A stretch of DNA of 32,000 bases from Raphidiopsis brookii D9 (GCA_000175855.1 ACYB01000029.1:30001-62000); one strand, 5' to 3'. Positions 1 through 9,835 are shown, counted from the first letter of the stretch. Program-made: numbers and translations. The notes: generated from the sequence alone by a model not told the origin.

Positions 1-855
1 ATCGTTAGGGTCATGGGCGGGGGTAACTTTCACACATCCCGTACCAAAAGCAGGGTCAACCAACTCGTCAGCAATAATTGGGATTTGTCGGTTCATAATC
101 GGCAAATTTAGGGTTTTTCCGATTAGATCCTTATACCTTGAGTCTTCTGGGTTGACTGCAACTGCTGTGTCTCCTAACATGGTTTCTGGTCTAGTGGTAG
201 CTACCTCCACATATCCAGTACCATCAGTAAGATAATAGCGAAAATGCCACAGACTACCATTTACTTCCTTGGGTTCTACCTCTAGGTCCGACACAGCAGA
301 CTGGGAAGCTGGACACCAGTTGACTAAATAATTACTACGGTAAATTAACCCCTCTTCATAAAGTTTAATAAATGCTTCTAAAACAGCTTTTGATAACCCT
401 TCATCTAAGGTGAAGCGTTCCCGTGACCAATCCACTGAAACACCCAATCGTCGTAACTGATTAATAATCGTACCACCAGACTCAGCTTTCCATTGCCAAG
501 CCCTTTCTAAGAATTTATCTCTACCTAATTCGTAGCGGTTTTTACCTTCTGATTTAAGTTGTTTTTCTAAAATAGTTTGTACTGCTATACTTGCGTGGTC
601 AGTACCAGGTAGCCATAGTGTATTCCGTCCTTTCATCCGATGATATCTCACCAGGGCATCAATTAGCGCACTTTCAAAGGCATGACCCATGTGCAAACTA
701 CCAGTGACATTTGGAGGCGGAATAACAACACAGTATGGCAGACCCGGGTGGTTAGGATCTGCTTTGTAAATTTGATTTTCTTCCCAGGATGTTTGCCATT
801 TTGCTTCCGTGGAGAAGGGTTCGTAAAGACTAGGAAGATTGGTGATTGCAGTCAT
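1..855 (-). CDS. valS: Valyl-tRNA synthetase, N-terminal 285 codons (gene continues beyond window start)
   Basis: Not in the ORF track because it runs off the edge. My reverse-strand translation from ATG (complement of 853-855) gives [31 protein letters not shown]...[16 protein letters not shown]...[13 protein letters not shown]...[18 protein letters not shown]. This is a class I HIGH motif in the ValRS-typical context. The frame stays open to base 1. Confidence 0.9.
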   Translation of the reverse strand, partial: MTAITNLPSLYEPFSTEAKWQTSWEENQIYKADPNHPGLPYCVVIPPPNVTGSLHMGHAFESALIDALVRYHRMKGRNTLWLPGTDHASIAVQTILEKQLKSEGKNRYELGRDKFLERAWQWKAESGGTIINQLRRLGVSVDWSRERFTLDEGLSKAVLEAFIKLYEEGLIYRSNYLVNWCPASQSAVSDLEVEPKEVNGSLWHFRYYLTDGTGYVEVATTRPETMLGDTAVAVNPEDSRYKDLIGKTLNLPIMNRQIPIIADELVDPAFGTGCVKVTPAHDPND

Positions 856-941
856 GCTAGAAATAATCTGTTTAGGAACTAGTTTTTGAGAACTCGGATC
901 CATTGTGCCATAAGGTTGAAAACTATGCGAAAAATCAATGG

Positions 942-1000
942 GGAGGAAAATTGGAGAAGCGGGTCTAACCTACCCTATAAAAACATGGAAATTTTCCTCC
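942..1000. repeat. Inverted repeat GGAGGAAAATT / AATTTTCCTCC (11 bp arms, about 37 nt spacer) between the valS start and the amidase stop
   Basis: Arms read directly at 942-952 and 990-1000. The loop is too long for a classical terminator, so the function is unknown. Confidence 0.4.
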
Positions 1001-1014
1001 TCTGTTAAATTAGT

Positions 1015-2367
1015 CTAAATTAGTCCTGCTGACTCATATAGTCTTTTGAACAGGGCCTTAATTTTTGTTCCATAGTCCAAATCCGCTGACCATCTCCCCG
1101 AAAGTTGATCCACTGAGGGTGCTACCCCCCTAGTCACAAACCTAAAACGTGGATCTACTTCTTCTTGCACTAAGGGTTCTAAACTTGCGTATGCTTTTAA
1201 GTGTTGAATATGAGCTCTCACACCAATTCTCGCACTGTTAAAAGAAGCTGCTTCTGGACCACCACTAATTCCTCCTAAACCAGCAAAATTGTTTTGTTGT
1301 GGTTTAATATCGCCGCCAAATCTTAGAAATCCGGTTTCTAAACACATCTGACAAAAGGCAATGTCATGATTTACACCCTCTAATGTAGCTTCTTCTCGAT
1401 AGAGTTTTGGTATATCTCCAAACTGATTTAAGGCATTTTCGTTGTTGTTGCGCAAAAACAGTTGTAGTTGTACTTCTGTCGTACTACCATTGGAAATTAT
1501 TTGATCAATATGTCCAGCACAAATGGGCAAAACTGACCGCATTTTTACAGTTTTAGTGCTGCTATCCCAAGCAATAGAAATGTTAAAGTCCCGCAGTTCA
1601 ATGGCTTTAACATAAACAATACGACGATAAGTTACACGATTAATATTAGATCCCTGTGATAAATCAATGCGCAGTCTATCTACTAGGTCTACGGGGATAT
1701 AGGAATTACCATTAATTAATATTCCTTGTTCACCATAGTTTTGCCCATTAATATTTATGTTAATTGCCAGATAATTGGCATCTACAGGAGTCCCAGGTTG
1801 AGGATCAACGATTTTACTCCAACCAACTAATCCATCAACAATTCCTAGGGCAAAATCCCGACGACGAGTTTGTAATAAATTCCGGTCTTCTGGACTGGTG
1901 AGAAACCCCACCTGCATCACTAATGCAGGAAGATTGGTTTGACGACAAAATTGTAAACTCCCCAAACCACTATCTGTATCTGGTCTCACTCCCCGACTGG
2001 GCAATTGATTAACGCGACGCAACAAGCCTGTTAACAGTATTTCTGCATTCTGTTTCCGCTCGGTGTTGTTGGCAATATAAAACACTCCCGCACCTCTGAC
2101 TGTAGGGTTATTAGCACCATCAGTATGAATTTCCAGCGCCACATCACTAGCACGACTGCGAGAATTAATCCAAGAGATGGTTTGGACAGCACTTAAATCG
2201 TCAGGAACAGATAAAACTTCTAGGTTACGACCTCGCAGTTCTGTAACAATTAGGTCTCGTAACAGAATCATTTCCCTGGATTCTGTTGTACCCCCAGCTA
2301 TAGATCCCGGGTCAATTTTGCCATTTTCTTTACCCCCATGTGCAGCGGAAATGAAAATACGTCCCAT
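1015..2367 (-). CDS. Three-domain peptidoglycan hydrolase: N-acetylmuramoyl-L-alanine amidase (Amidase_3-like), a copper-amine-oxidase-N-like 'stalk' domain, and a C-terminal glucosaminidase (LytD/FlgJ-like). No signal peptide.
   Basis: 450 aa ORF. The N-terminus IFISAAHGGKENGKIDPGS...ALEIHTDGANN...MQVGFLTSPEDR matches the Amidase_3 pattern. The middle INGQNYGEQGILINGNSYIPVDLVDRL...IAWDSSTKTVKM matches the stalk-domain pattern. The C-terminus NNFAGLGG...ASFNSARIGVRAHIQHLKAY is glucosaminidase-like. Confidence 0.8.
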   Translation of the reverse strand: MGRIFISAAHGGKENGKIDPGSIAGGTTESREMILLRDLIVTELRGRNLEVLSVPDDLSAVQTISWINSRSRASDVALEIHTDGANNPTVRGAGVFYIANNTERKQNAEILLTGLLRRVNQLPSRGVRPDTDSGLGSLQFCRQTNLPALVMQVGFLTSPEDRNLLQTRRRDFALGIVDGLVGWSKIVDPQPGTPVDANYLAINININGQNYGEQGILINGNSYIPVDLVDRLRIDLSQGSNINRVTYRRIVYVKAIELRDFNISIAWDSSTKTVKMRSVLPICAGHIDQIISNGSTTEVQLQLFLRNNNENALNQFGDIPKLYREEATLEGVNHDIAFCQMCLETGFLRFGGDIKPQQNNFAGLGGISGGPEAASFNSARIGVRAHIQHLKAYASLEPLVQEEVDPRFRFVTRGVAPSVDQLSGRWSADLDYGTKIKALFKRLYESAGLI

Positions 2368-2501
2368 TGTGATGAATTCCTACGGTTAAAAGGAAATTTT
2401 TGTAATATGGGGTTCTAGCAATCCCATTCTACTAATTTTAATGGTACTATGAAATGGCACTATGAACCTGTGCGATAAATAGTTTCCAGTTTCCTGAAGA
2501 A

Positions 2502-4412
2502 ATGCAAATCCCCCGTTTACACCCAGATACTGTGGAAGAGGTTAAACATCGTGCGGACATTGTGGATGTTATCTCAGATTATGTAGTTTTACGCAGACGA
2601 GGTAAGGATTTTGTCGGTTTATGTCCCTTTCATGAGGAGAAAACCCCCAGTTTTACAGTCAGTCCTAATAAGCAAATATACTATTGCTTCGGTTGTCAGG
2701 CTTCCGGGAATGCTATTAGGTTTATTATGGACTTGAATAAGAGAAAGTTTGCAGAAGTAGTTCTAGATCTAGCTAAACGCTATCAGATTCCTGTGAAAAC
2801 TTTAGCACCAGAACAAAGACAGGAATTGCAACGTCAGTTATCTTTAAGGGACCAATTATTTGAGGTTTTAGCATCTACGAGTCAATTTTATCAACATGTT
2901 CTCCGACAGGATATAGGTCAACAAGCACTACAATATTTACAAAAAAAACGGTTTTTAAAAACGGAGACTGTGGAAAAGTTTGCCTTGGGTTATGCTCCTC
3001 CAGGTTGGGAAACTTTATATCATTATCTGGTGGAAAATAAAAGTTACCCCGCCCAGCTGGTAGAAAAAGCTGGTTTGATTAAACCCAGAAAGGAAGGTGG
3101 TGGCTATTATGATGTATTTCGTAATAGGTTGATGATTCCCATCCGTGATGTTCAAGGTAGGGTGATTGCTTTTGGTGGTAGAACTTTGACTGATGAACAA
3201 CCAAAATATTTGAATTCTCCCGAAACAGAATTATTTGATAAGAGTAAAACCCTATTTGCTCTGGATGTGGCTAAAGATGCTATTTCTAAATTGGATCAAG
3301 CGGTGGTTGTGGAGGGATATTTTGATGCGATCGCCCTCCATGCGAATGGAATTAATAATGTGGTAGCTTCTTTGGGTACGGCGTTGAGTTTGGAACAGGT
3401 AAGATTATTATTGCGGTATAGTGAATCAAAACAATTAGTGCTAAATTTTGATGGAGATAAGGCGGGGATTAATGCCACAGAACGAGCAATTGGGGAAATC
3501 AGCAACTTGGCATATAAGGGCGAGGTACGGTTAAAAATCTTGCATATTCCCGATGGTAAGGATGCGGATGAATACTTAAAAAATCACTCGGTAACAGACT
3601 ATGAGCAATTATTAGTTGAGGCCCCCCTGTGGTTGGACTGGCAAATTGCACAAGTTATTCAAGGTCGAGATTTAAAACAACCTACGGATTTTCAATTGGT
3701 GAGTAGGGAGTTTGTTAAGCTGTTACAAAAAATTTTAAATAGTGACACCTTGAATTACTATATCTCCCACTGTGCGGAAATCCTCAGTTTAGGGGATACT
3801 AGATTAATACCCCTGAGAGTGGAAAATCTCATTACTCAGGTTGCACCTCGTCGCACACCAACTCCAATTTTACGACCTCCAGCATCCCCAAACACACACC
3901 AAATATCCCATCCTCAACCCAGTCTGTTAGAGCAAGCTGAAGGATTATTATTAAGAATCTTTCTCCATTGTCCTCAAGAGCGTCAAGTAATTATCGAAAC
4001 CTTGGGATCTAGTAATTTGGAATTTAGTGTTTCCCATTATCGTTTTTTATGGGAAAAAAGTTTGCAGTTCCCTTCACAAACCCTAGATTTAATTTCTCAA
4101 CTACAGAACCTGTATTTGGAAACACAAAATGATCTAGGTCCGGTTGAGCATATATTCCAACTGAATGAAAAGAATAAACAAGAGATATTACTACGCACAA
4201 ATCAACTAGTGCAAGCTGCGATCGCCTGTATGGAAAAAGTATTTAGGGAAAATCGCTATCGTCACTTTTTAGAACTTTGGCAGAAAACAGATCCCAGTAC
4301 GGATCCAGATCAATATAATCTTTATGCCCAAACTATATATGCTGACAAGATGCGAATACAGGAATTAAGCAAGCAACGTCAATTATCCATATCAGACCTA
4401 ATTAATTCTTAG
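2502..4412 (+). CDS. dnaG: DNA primase
   Basis: 636 aa. It has the CHC2 zinc finger [30 protein letters not shown], the RNA-polymerase core ([15 protein letters not shown]) and the Toprim segment [12 protein letters not shown]...NFDGDKAG. Confidence 0.95.
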   Translation: MQIPRLHPDTVEEVKHRADIVDVISDYVVLRRRGKDFVGLCPFHEEKTPSFTVSPNKQIYYCFGCQASGNAIRFIMDLNKRKFAEVVLDLAKRYQIPVKTLAPEQRQELQRQLSLRDQLFEVLASTSQFYQHVLRQDIGQQALQYLQKKRFLKTETVEKFALGYAPPGWETLYHYLVENKSYPAQLVEKAGLIKPRKEGGGYYDVFRNRLMIPIRDVQGRVIAFGGRTLTDEQPKYLNSPETELFDKSKTLFALDVAKDAISKLDQAVVVEGYFDAIALHANGINNVVASLGTALSLEQVRLLLRYSESKQLVLNFDGDKAGINATERAIGEISNLAYKGEVRLKILHIPDGKDADEYLKNHSVTDYEQLLVEAPLWLDWQIAQVIQGRDLKQPTDFQLVSREFVKLLQKILNSDTLNYYISHCAEILSLGDTRLIPLRVENLITQVAPRRTPTPILRPPASPNTHQISHPQPSLLEQAEGLLLRIFLHCPQERQVIIETLGSSNLEFSVSHYRFLWEKSLQFPSQTLDLISQLQNLYLETQNDLGPVEHIFQLNEKNKQEILLRTNQLVQAAIACMEKVFRENRYRHFLELWQKTDPSTDPDQYNLYAQTIYADKMRIQELSKQRQLSISDLINS

Positions 4413-5011
4413 CATATCCTTGATATTATAAAATTAATCACATCTGTTAACCCCGATTGAACTTTCAGATTAGTAAAGATAAATGGTTGTTCCCCACGCA
4501 TTCTCTTAGTGTCTCGTTCCATAACATTTAGATCTGCACCAACGTAGGGAGCGAGATCGGTTTTATTAATGACCAGTAAATCTGACTTAGTAATTCCCGG
4601 TCCACCCTTGCGGGGAATTTTATCCCCCGCAGCAACGTCTATAACATAGATGGTTAAATCCACTAATTCTGGACTAAATGTAGCAGCTAGATTATCTCCC
4701 CCACTTTCTAAAAACACCACATCTAAATCGGTAAATTTTTCTTCTAACTGCTCAATAGCTGCCAAATTCATAGAAGCATCTTCTCGAATCGCGGTGTGAG
4801 GACATCCCCCCGTCTCCACCCCCAAAATACGCTCCCTTTCTAATGCTTGAGAGCGAACCAAAAATTGCGCATCCTCTTGAGTATAAATATCGTTGGTAAC
4901 AACCGCTAATTTATAAGTCTCCCGCAATGATTTACATAACGCATCCACTAAAGCTGTCTTGCCAGAACCCACGGGTCCTGCTACTCCTACACGATAGGCA
5001 CTCATAAGCAA
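4409..5011 (-). CDS. ureG: Urease accessory GTPase UreG
   Basis: 200 aa with P-loop [10 protein letters not shown], the CPHTAIRED motif, ESGGDNL and NKTDL. Its stop overlaps the dnaG stop by 4 nt (convergent genes). Confidence 0.95.
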   Translation of the reverse strand: MLMSAYRVGVAGPVGSGKTALVDALCKSLRETYKLAVVTNDIYTQEDAQFLVRSQALERERILGVETGGCPHTAIREDASMNLAAIEQLEEKFTDLDVVFLESGGDNLAATFSPELVDLTIYVIDVAAGDKIPRKGGPGITKSDLLVINKTDLAPYVGADLNVMERDTKRMRGEQPFIFTNLKVQSGLTDVINFIISRIC

Positions 5012-5049
5012 TAATTAGTTATCATTAATGTTAATGTTTTTCAACTATT

Positions 5050-5739
5050 CTAACTCCTGAATAGTCTTGTGTATTGAGTTTCGTGTTGCATACTAGCTAA
5101 AGATAAACCCCAACTACAGCAACTGAGATGATCATCTTCCAGGGAGAGAATTTCCTCCACTGTTGTATCTAATAGTCCCTGTAACTCCCACAACAATTCT
5201 TGACCACTGGTTTGACCTAGGGGAATGAGTTTTATACCCGCTGTAATTAAATTACTTGCCCAGCTATGTAAATATGCCAACAGCCCTACCCGACTGTCAA
5301 TTTGCCAATGGCCACAGCCAATACCAAAGGCGATCGCATAGTTACAAGGATAACCAACAGTATTGGATATGGATGTAATTGGGGGTGATAACTTACCCAA
5401 TAATTGTAAGAGAGATCTTCCCATTTGCCAACTAGCAGCGCGCAGTTCTTGTGTATCTCTAAAAGCAGACAACCAAGAGTTCCATTTTTTCAAACCTTCT
5501 ATATCTGACAAAGTAGTGGCTTGTATGGCTCTAATCATAACTGCACCATCAATACGAATGGAACCGTAGCGCAATTCAGAATCTAACCAATTTTTCAGTC
5601 CAACCCTGTCGTGAATAGTCCTATTTTCCACAAGCACTTCTAATCCCTCAGAATAGCTATAAGCACCAACCGGTAAAGAGGGACTAGCCAATTGTAAAAT
5701 AGACAAAAAACGACTATTCGTGAGAGTGATGGTCTCCAT
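5050..5739 (-). CDS. ureF: Urease accessory protein UreF
   Basis: 229 aa. LQLASPSLPVGAYSYSEGLE is a typical UreF N-terminus. It lies between ureE and ureG. Confidence 0.85.
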   Translation of the reverse strand: METITLTNSRFLSILQLASPSLPVGAYSYSEGLEVLVENRTIHDRVGLKNWLDSELRYGSIRIDGAVMIRAIQATTLSDIEGLKKWNSWLSAFRDTQELRAASWQMGRSLLQLLGKLSPPITSISNTVGYPCNYAIAFGIGCGHWQIDSRVGLLAYLHSWASNLITAGIKLIPLGQTSGQELLWELQGLLDTTVEEILSLEDDHLSCCSWGLSLASMQHETQYTRLFRS

Positions 5740-6178
5740 AAGCTCCTGGTTCGGGGTAAAAGGGTGCTACTTCTTCTGTCACTTCCAACTGCAATTTTTC
5801 CAGCATCGATTGTAGCACCGAATCAGGAGACAAGCGCAAATAATCAGTGGTAAGTTCTACTGGTACATGACGATTGCCCAAGTGATAAGCTGCTCGTAAT
5901 AATTGTACAGAGGTTGTGCCAACCACTGTCAAAACAGGTTCTGGTTTGGCAACAATTTTTATCCAAGTTGTTTCACTCTCATCTGCGAGCATATCTCCAT
6001 GATGAATAACCTTCCCGCGAGATAAACGCCAACATATTTCCTGTCCGTTTTCTAAGATCAAGCGATAACGACTGCGCCTGCGTTCCTCAGCAGTAAGGGG
6101 TAAAACTAAGTCAAAAGCAGTGTGACCATGGGCGCTTTTCAATTTTGTTAGTATCAACATGGCAAGCTGGAAGAACAT
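5714..6178 (-). CDS. ureE: Urease accessory metallochaperone UreE (the start could instead be the internal Met at 6160)
   Basis: 154 aa. The core AAYHLGNRHVP is UreE-like and the C-terminal end GDHHSHE is short and His-rich. It overlaps the ureF start by 26 nt. Confidence 0.8.
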   Translation of the reverse strand: MFFQLAMLILTKLKSAHGHTAFDLVLPLTAEERRRSRYRLILENGQEICWRLSRGKVIHHGDMLADESETTWIKIVAKPEPVLTVVGTTSVQLLRAAYHLGNRHVPVELTTDYLRLSPDSVLQSMLEKLQLEVTEEVAPFYPEPGAYGDHHSHE

Positions 6179-6247
6179 TCACCACAGGTGTGTGCAACAA
6201 CCAAACCAAATTAGCGCAACACACGCACAACCATTAGAATCAAGAGA

Positions 6248-6334
6248 CGGAGAGGGAGGGATTCGAACCCTCGTTGAGGTTTCCCCCAAACAGCATTTCC
6301 AGTGCTGCGCCTTCAACCACTCGGCCACCTCTCC
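6248..6334 (-). tRNA. tRNA-Ser (anticodon GGA), 87 nt, long variable arm, no encoded CCA
   Basis: The reverse complement GGAGAGGTGGCCGAGTGGTTGAAGGCGCAGCACTGGAAATGCTGTTTGGGGGAAACCTCAACGAGGGTTCGAATCCCTCCCTCTCCG folds as a cloverleaf. The acceptor is GGAGAGG/CCTCTCC, the anticodon stem is CAGCA/TGCTG with loop CTGGAAA, and the T arm is GAGGG-TTCGAAT-CCCTC. Confidence 0.92.
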
Positions 6335-6476
6335 AGTAGGTCATGAACTCTAACTATAAACTAAGATCTTAAAAAATGCAATGGTTAAATCAAAAAAACT
6401 TTGCCATTTTTGCCAAGTATGTTTTTTACAATAGAGTGGTAAGCTACATATTTTTCCAACTTCGACCAAAATCAAC

Positions 6477-6845
6477 ATGGCTCAAACCCACACAATTACA
6501 GTTCATAATCGCCAAACCGGTCTATCCCATATGGTGCAAGTTCCTGATGATCGGTACATTCTCCACTCCGCAGAAAACAATGGTGTGGAATTGCCCTTTT
6601 CTTGTCGCAATGGAGCTTGTACCACCTGTGCTGTGAGAGTTTTATCCGGGGAAATTTACCAACCCGAAGCTATTGGTTTATCTCCAGAATTACGTCGTCA
6701 AGGTTACGCTTTGTTGTGTGTAAGTTATGCTTGTTCCAACCTAGAGGTAGAAACCCAAGATGAGGATGAAGTTTATGAACTTCAATTCGGGCGATTTTTT
6801 GGCAAAGGTAAGGTAAGAGCTGGGTTCCCCGTGGAAGAAGACTAG
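6477..6845 (+). CDS. Plant-type [2Fe-2S] ferredoxin with a C-terminal extension (Fed2-like, 122 aa)
   Basis: Cluster ligand pattern CRNGACTTCAV...C (C-x4-C-x2-C...C). The acidic/basic tail after the ferredoxin core is as in the 122-aa Fed2 class of cyanobacteria. Confidence 0.9.
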   Translation: MAQTHTITVHNRQTGLSHMVQVPDDRYILHSAENNGVELPFSCRNGACTTCAVRVLSGEIYQPEAIGLSPELRRQGYALLCVSYACSNLEVETQDEDEVYELQFGRFFGKGKVRAGFPVEED

Positions 6846-6857
6846 AGGCAAATTAAT

Positions 6858-7451
6858 ATGACAATTAGGGGCAATTCCTGCAATTATCTAACTTTGCTGC
6901 CAATGGCACTTTGTTGTTTACTAATGTTGCTTTTAGTAGGCTGTCAAAGCAGAGATAAAATCAAAGATAGCATAGTTCAAGCGAGAGTAGTAAGAGTAGT
7001 AAGCGGGCAAACCGTAGAAGTGGTAAAAATAGGAGAGCCAACAAGTCTAGTCTCTTCCGTGCGATTAATTGGTTTAGAAGCACCCGACCTACGTCAGTAC
7101 CCTTGGGGAGAAGATGCCAGAAAATTATTAGAAAAGTTGATTCAAGATGCCAATAGTGATAATACTAGCAATAATAATACCAATAGCGCCCAAATCAAAC
7201 TGGAGTTTGATTTACAAACCCAGGATAAATTTGGACGCAACCTAGCTTATGTTTGGAAGGATCAGGTGCTAGTGAACGAGCAAATCATCAAACAGGGGTA
7301 TGCTCTATTTGCGGGAAGATCCCCCAATCACAAGTACGATTTGCGCCTGGAAAATGCCCAACACTGGGCTAGACTCATGGGGGAGGGGATTTGGAATCCA
7401 GAAAACCCCTTACGTCTGGCTCCCGGTCAGTTTCGTCGGATCAACGGTTGA
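6858..7451 (+). CDS. Staphylococcal-nuclease (SNase/thermonuclease)-like lipoprotein
   Basis: Signal peptide with lipobox LLVGC. SNase-fold pattern VVRVVSGQTVEV...VRLIGLEAPD...FGRNLAYVW...VNEQIIKQGYA...ENAQHWARLMGEGIW. There is an Asn/Ser-rich low-complexity insert. Confidence 0.8.
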   Translation: MTIRGNSCNYLTLLPMALCCLLMLLLVGCQSRDKIKDSIVQARVVRVVSGQTVEVVKIGEPTSLVSSVRLIGLEAPDLRQYPWGEDARKLLEKLIQDANSDNTSNNNTNSAQIKLEFDLQTQDKFGRNLAYVWKDQVLVNEQIIKQGYALFAGRSPNHKYDLRLENAQHWARLMGEGIWNPENPLRLAPGQFRRING

Positions 7452-7479
7452 GTTCTTGCTTTTTTATTTGCCATTGGCC

Positions 7480-8283
7480 ATGGAGATGACGAATTTACAA
7501 GTTTTTCTAGATATTGCTACGGAGGCAGCTCTAGCTGCTGGTGTGATTTTACAAGACTATTTAGGAAAGGTAGAAGATGCAATTAGTGAAAAAGGTAGAC
7601 CCGGTGATTTAGTCACTGCTGCTGATCAAACTGCTGAACAGGCAATTTTGGCAGTCATTAACCGTCATTTTCCCCAACACTCTATCTTGGCTGAAGAATC
7701 AGGAAAAGTGGGAAATCAAGCCAGTGAGTATCTTTGGACAATTGACCCCTTAGATGGCACCACCAACTATGCCCATCAATATCCATGTTTTGCTGTTTCC
7801 ATTGGATTGCTGATTGAGGGAGAGCCAAAAGTTGGCGTGACTTATGATCCTTTACGGAATGAACTGTTCCGAGCTGCTGCTGGCCTGGGTGCAACGCGTA
7901 ACCGTCATCCTATCAGGGTTTCCCAAACCGTAGAACTGAGCAAAAGTCTTTTGAGTACGGGTTTTGCGTACGACAGAACAGAAACAAATGATACTAACTA
8001 TCCAGAATTTTGCCATCTCACTCATCTGACCCAGGGTGTAAGACGTGGGGGATCAGCAGCCTTAGATTTAGCCTATGTTAGCTGTGGGCGTGTGGATGGA
8101 TATTGGGAAAGGGGTCTTGCTCCCTGGGATATAGTTGCTGGTATAATTTTAGTGCGGGAAGCAGGGGGTAAGGTTACTGCCTATAATGGTGGTGATTTAC
8201 AAATTGATTCTGGGAGGATCCTGGCTACTAATAGTGATCTTCACCAGGTAATAAGTGAAGAATTAATGAAGATTACTTGCTAA
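7480..8283 (+). CDS. Inositol monophosphatase family protein (SuhB/HisN-type)
   Basis: The track ORF starts at 7300, but that part overlaps the nuclease gene. The ATG at 7480 gives MEMTNLQVFLDIATEAALAAG. Family motifs are LAEESG, WTIDPLDGTTNY and WDIVAG. Confidence 0.85.
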   Translation: MEMTNLQVFLDIATEAALAAGVILQDYLGKVEDAISEKGRPGDLVTAADQTAEQAILAVINRHFPQHSILAEESGKVGNQASEYLWTIDPLDGTTNYAHQYPCFAVSIGLLIEGEPKVGVTYDPLRNELFRAAAGLGATRNRHPIRVSQTVELSKSLLSTGFAYDRTETNDTNYPEFCHLTHLTQGVRRGGSAALDLAYVSCGRVDGYWERGLAPWDIVAGIILVREAGGKVTAYNGGDLQIDSGRILATNSDLHQVISEELMKITC

Positions 8284-8353
8284 TCAGTTAACAATTAATC
8301 GAAACATAGTTTAGTGATTGGTTTAGTTATTTGTTTGGTGGGAAGAAAAAATC

Positions 8354-9565
8354 ATGGTGTATCAACCAGCAGCGGGAGCTAGAGATTTATTGCCCTTAGA
8401 TGTGGCTCAAAAACGCTGGATTGAAGATAGGTTACAACAGGTTTTTCATCGTTGGGGATATCACAGGATTATCACCTCAACTTTGGAGCGTATGGATACT
8501 CTCATGGCTGGAGAAGCTATTGATCGTCATAAGGTTATACAGTTACAAACCGGTCAAGATGAAGACTTGGGTTTACGTCCCGAATTGACTGCTTCTATTG
8601 CTCGGACTGTAGTTACCCGTATGGAGATGGCTAATTATCCCCAGCGATTATATTACAACGCCAATGTGTTCCGTCGTAATTGGGAAAAACGACATAATCG
8701 TCAGCAGGAATATTATCAAGCAGGTGTGGAACTGTTAGGTGCTGAGGGTTTATTGGCTAATGCAGAAGTGTTACTTTTGGCTTCTAACTGTTTGACAGCT
8801 CTAGGGTTAAACCAATGGCATTTAATTTTGGGTGAAGCAGGAATTACTAAGTCCCTACTCCATGCTTTCCCCTCAGAAATTAGAAGTCAGGTGAGAATGG
8901 CGATCGCCAATTTAGATAGCGTAGCCATAGATACTTTACCCTTAAATGAGGATCTACATAAACAGGCGAGAATTATGATGGATTTACGGGGAAAAAGTGG
9001 AGAGGTGTTGCAAAAAGTCAGCAATTTCCCTTTAGATTCCAGTCAGCGAGCAGCGGTCAACCATCTGAAATCCCTGGTGGAATTATTAGAAGCGGAAGGG
9101 AAATTTTCTCTCATTCTTGATCTGAGTCTCATTCAAACCATTGATTATTACACGGGAATTGTGTTTGAAGTGGTAGGTGACCTGAATGGTCAGGCCCAGG
9201 TTTTAGGACGGGGAGGTCGCTATGACCAACTGTTGAGTTTATATCACCCTCAAGGAGAAAATATTCCTGGTATTGGGTTTGAATTGAGCATTGATGATTT
9301 ATATCAAGTTTTGGCTAGTACCCAAAAATTACCCCAAACTATTCCTTCCAGTAACTGGTTAGTAGTACCAGAAGGGGACAATGCTCAAATTGCTGCTTTT
9401 GCTTATGCACAAAAGTTGCGAGACTCAACTCATTTAGTTAGGGTAGAAATGGAATTAGCAGGAAAAGATCCTCAATGGACTCGTAAATATGCCAGAGAAC
9501 GCTCCATAGCCCAAATTGCCTGGATTAAATCCGATGGCACAGGCAGAATTGAAACCGTTAGTTGA
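8354..9565 (+). CDS. hisZ: ATP phosphoribosyltransferase regulatory subunit HisZ (HisRS paralogue)
   Basis: 403 aa. PAGARDLLP...RPELTASIAR...YYQAGVELLG...GGRYDQL is a class II aaRS-like core lacking an anticodon-binding domain, in the HisZ pattern. Confidence 0.85.
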   Translation: MVYQPAAGARDLLPLDVAQKRWIEDRLQQVFHRWGYHRIITSTLERMDTLMAGEAIDRHKVIQLQTGQDEDLGLRPELTASIARTVVTRMEMANYPQRLYYNANVFRRNWEKRHNRQQEYYQAGVELLGAEGLLANAEVLLLASNCLTALGLNQWHLILGEAGITKSLLHAFPSEIRSQVRMAIANLDSVAIDTLPLNEDLHKQARIMMDLRGKSGEVLQKVSNFPLDSSQRAAVNHLKSLVELLEAEGKFSLILDLSLIQTIDYYTGIVFEVVGDLNGQAQVLGRGGRYDQLLSLYHPQGENIPGIGFELSIDDLYQVLASTQKLPQTIPSSNWLVVPEGDNAQIAAFAYAQKLRDSTHLVRVEMELAGKDPQWTRKYARERSIAQIAWIKSDGTGRIETVS

Positions 9566-9596
9566 TGGAAAAAAGATAACTAAGAGAGGAGAAGCG

Positions 9597-9824
9597 ATGC
9601 CACATACAATAGTTACAGAAATTTGCCAAGGAGTTGCAGACTGTGTTGCTGCTTGTCCAGTAGCGTGCATTCATGAAGGTCCAGGTAAGAATATTCAAGG
9701 TACAGATTGGTACTGGATAGACTTTACCACTTGTATTGATTGTGGTATATGTTTACAAGTTTGCCCAGTAGAAGGAGCAATAGTTCCCCAGGAACGACCT
9801 GAATTACAAAAAATACCACAATAA
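9597..9824 (+). CDS. Small ferredoxin, 7Fe-type cysteine pattern ([3Fe-4S] + [4Fe-4S])
   Basis: The ATG at 9597 is preceded by GAGAGGAG, and the track start at 9516 overlaps hisZ. The motifs are C-x6-C-x3-CP-x2-C-IHEG and C-x2-C-x2-C-x3-CP. Confidence 0.8.
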   Translation: MPHTIVTEICQGVADCVAACPVACIHEGPGKNIQGTDWYWIDFTTCIDCGICLQVCPVEGAIVPQERPELQKIPQ

Positions 9825-9835
9825 TAGGTGATGAC

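Noticed and set aside
682-882. 66-aa + strand ORF; likewise the track ORFs at 2177-2389, 3015-3200, 3296-3505, 5363-5569, 7682-7894, 8400-8588, 9455-9670, 10126-10395, 12096-12332, 15847-16125, 16282-16536, 16502-16714, 17314-17517, 18503-18787, 19093-19311, 19995-20234, 21401-21628, 22124-22557, 24201-24503, 25250-25459, 27491-27838, 28218-28502 and 30894-31082
   Set aside because: Each lies wholly inside, antisense to or out of frame with a long ORF that has clear family motifs. Their translations are low-complexity with no recognisable motif, so they are shadow ORFs.
4409-4412. Convergent gene overlaps (dnaG/ureG by 4 nt; ABC ATPase/dcd by 20 nt at 10605-10624) considered as a regulatory feature
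   Set aside because: Short 3' overlaps of convergent genes are common in compact bacterial genomes. Nothing in the sequence, such as hairpins or conserved motifs, suggests more than tight packing.
4409-6178. ureEFG without ureD or ureABC, considered as an incomplete or degraded urease cluster
   Set aside because: Cyanobacteria commonly scatter urease structural and accessory genes around the chromosome. All three ORFs are intact with their motifs, so absence from this window is not evidence of loss.
6159-6636. Track ORFs 6159-6353 (+) and 6376-6636 (+)
   Set aside because: The first is antisense to tRNA-Ser(GGA) and to the ureE start. The second is an out-of-frame overlap with the well-supported 2Fe-2S ferredoxin gene.
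7300-7479. 180-nt N-terminal extension of the IMPase ORF; similarly 9516-9596 for the small ferredoxin
   Set aside because: The extensions overlap the preceding genes (the nuclease and hisZ respectively) and translate to non-homologous sequence. Internal ATGs at 7480 and 9597 give family-typical N-termini, and 9597 has a good SD.
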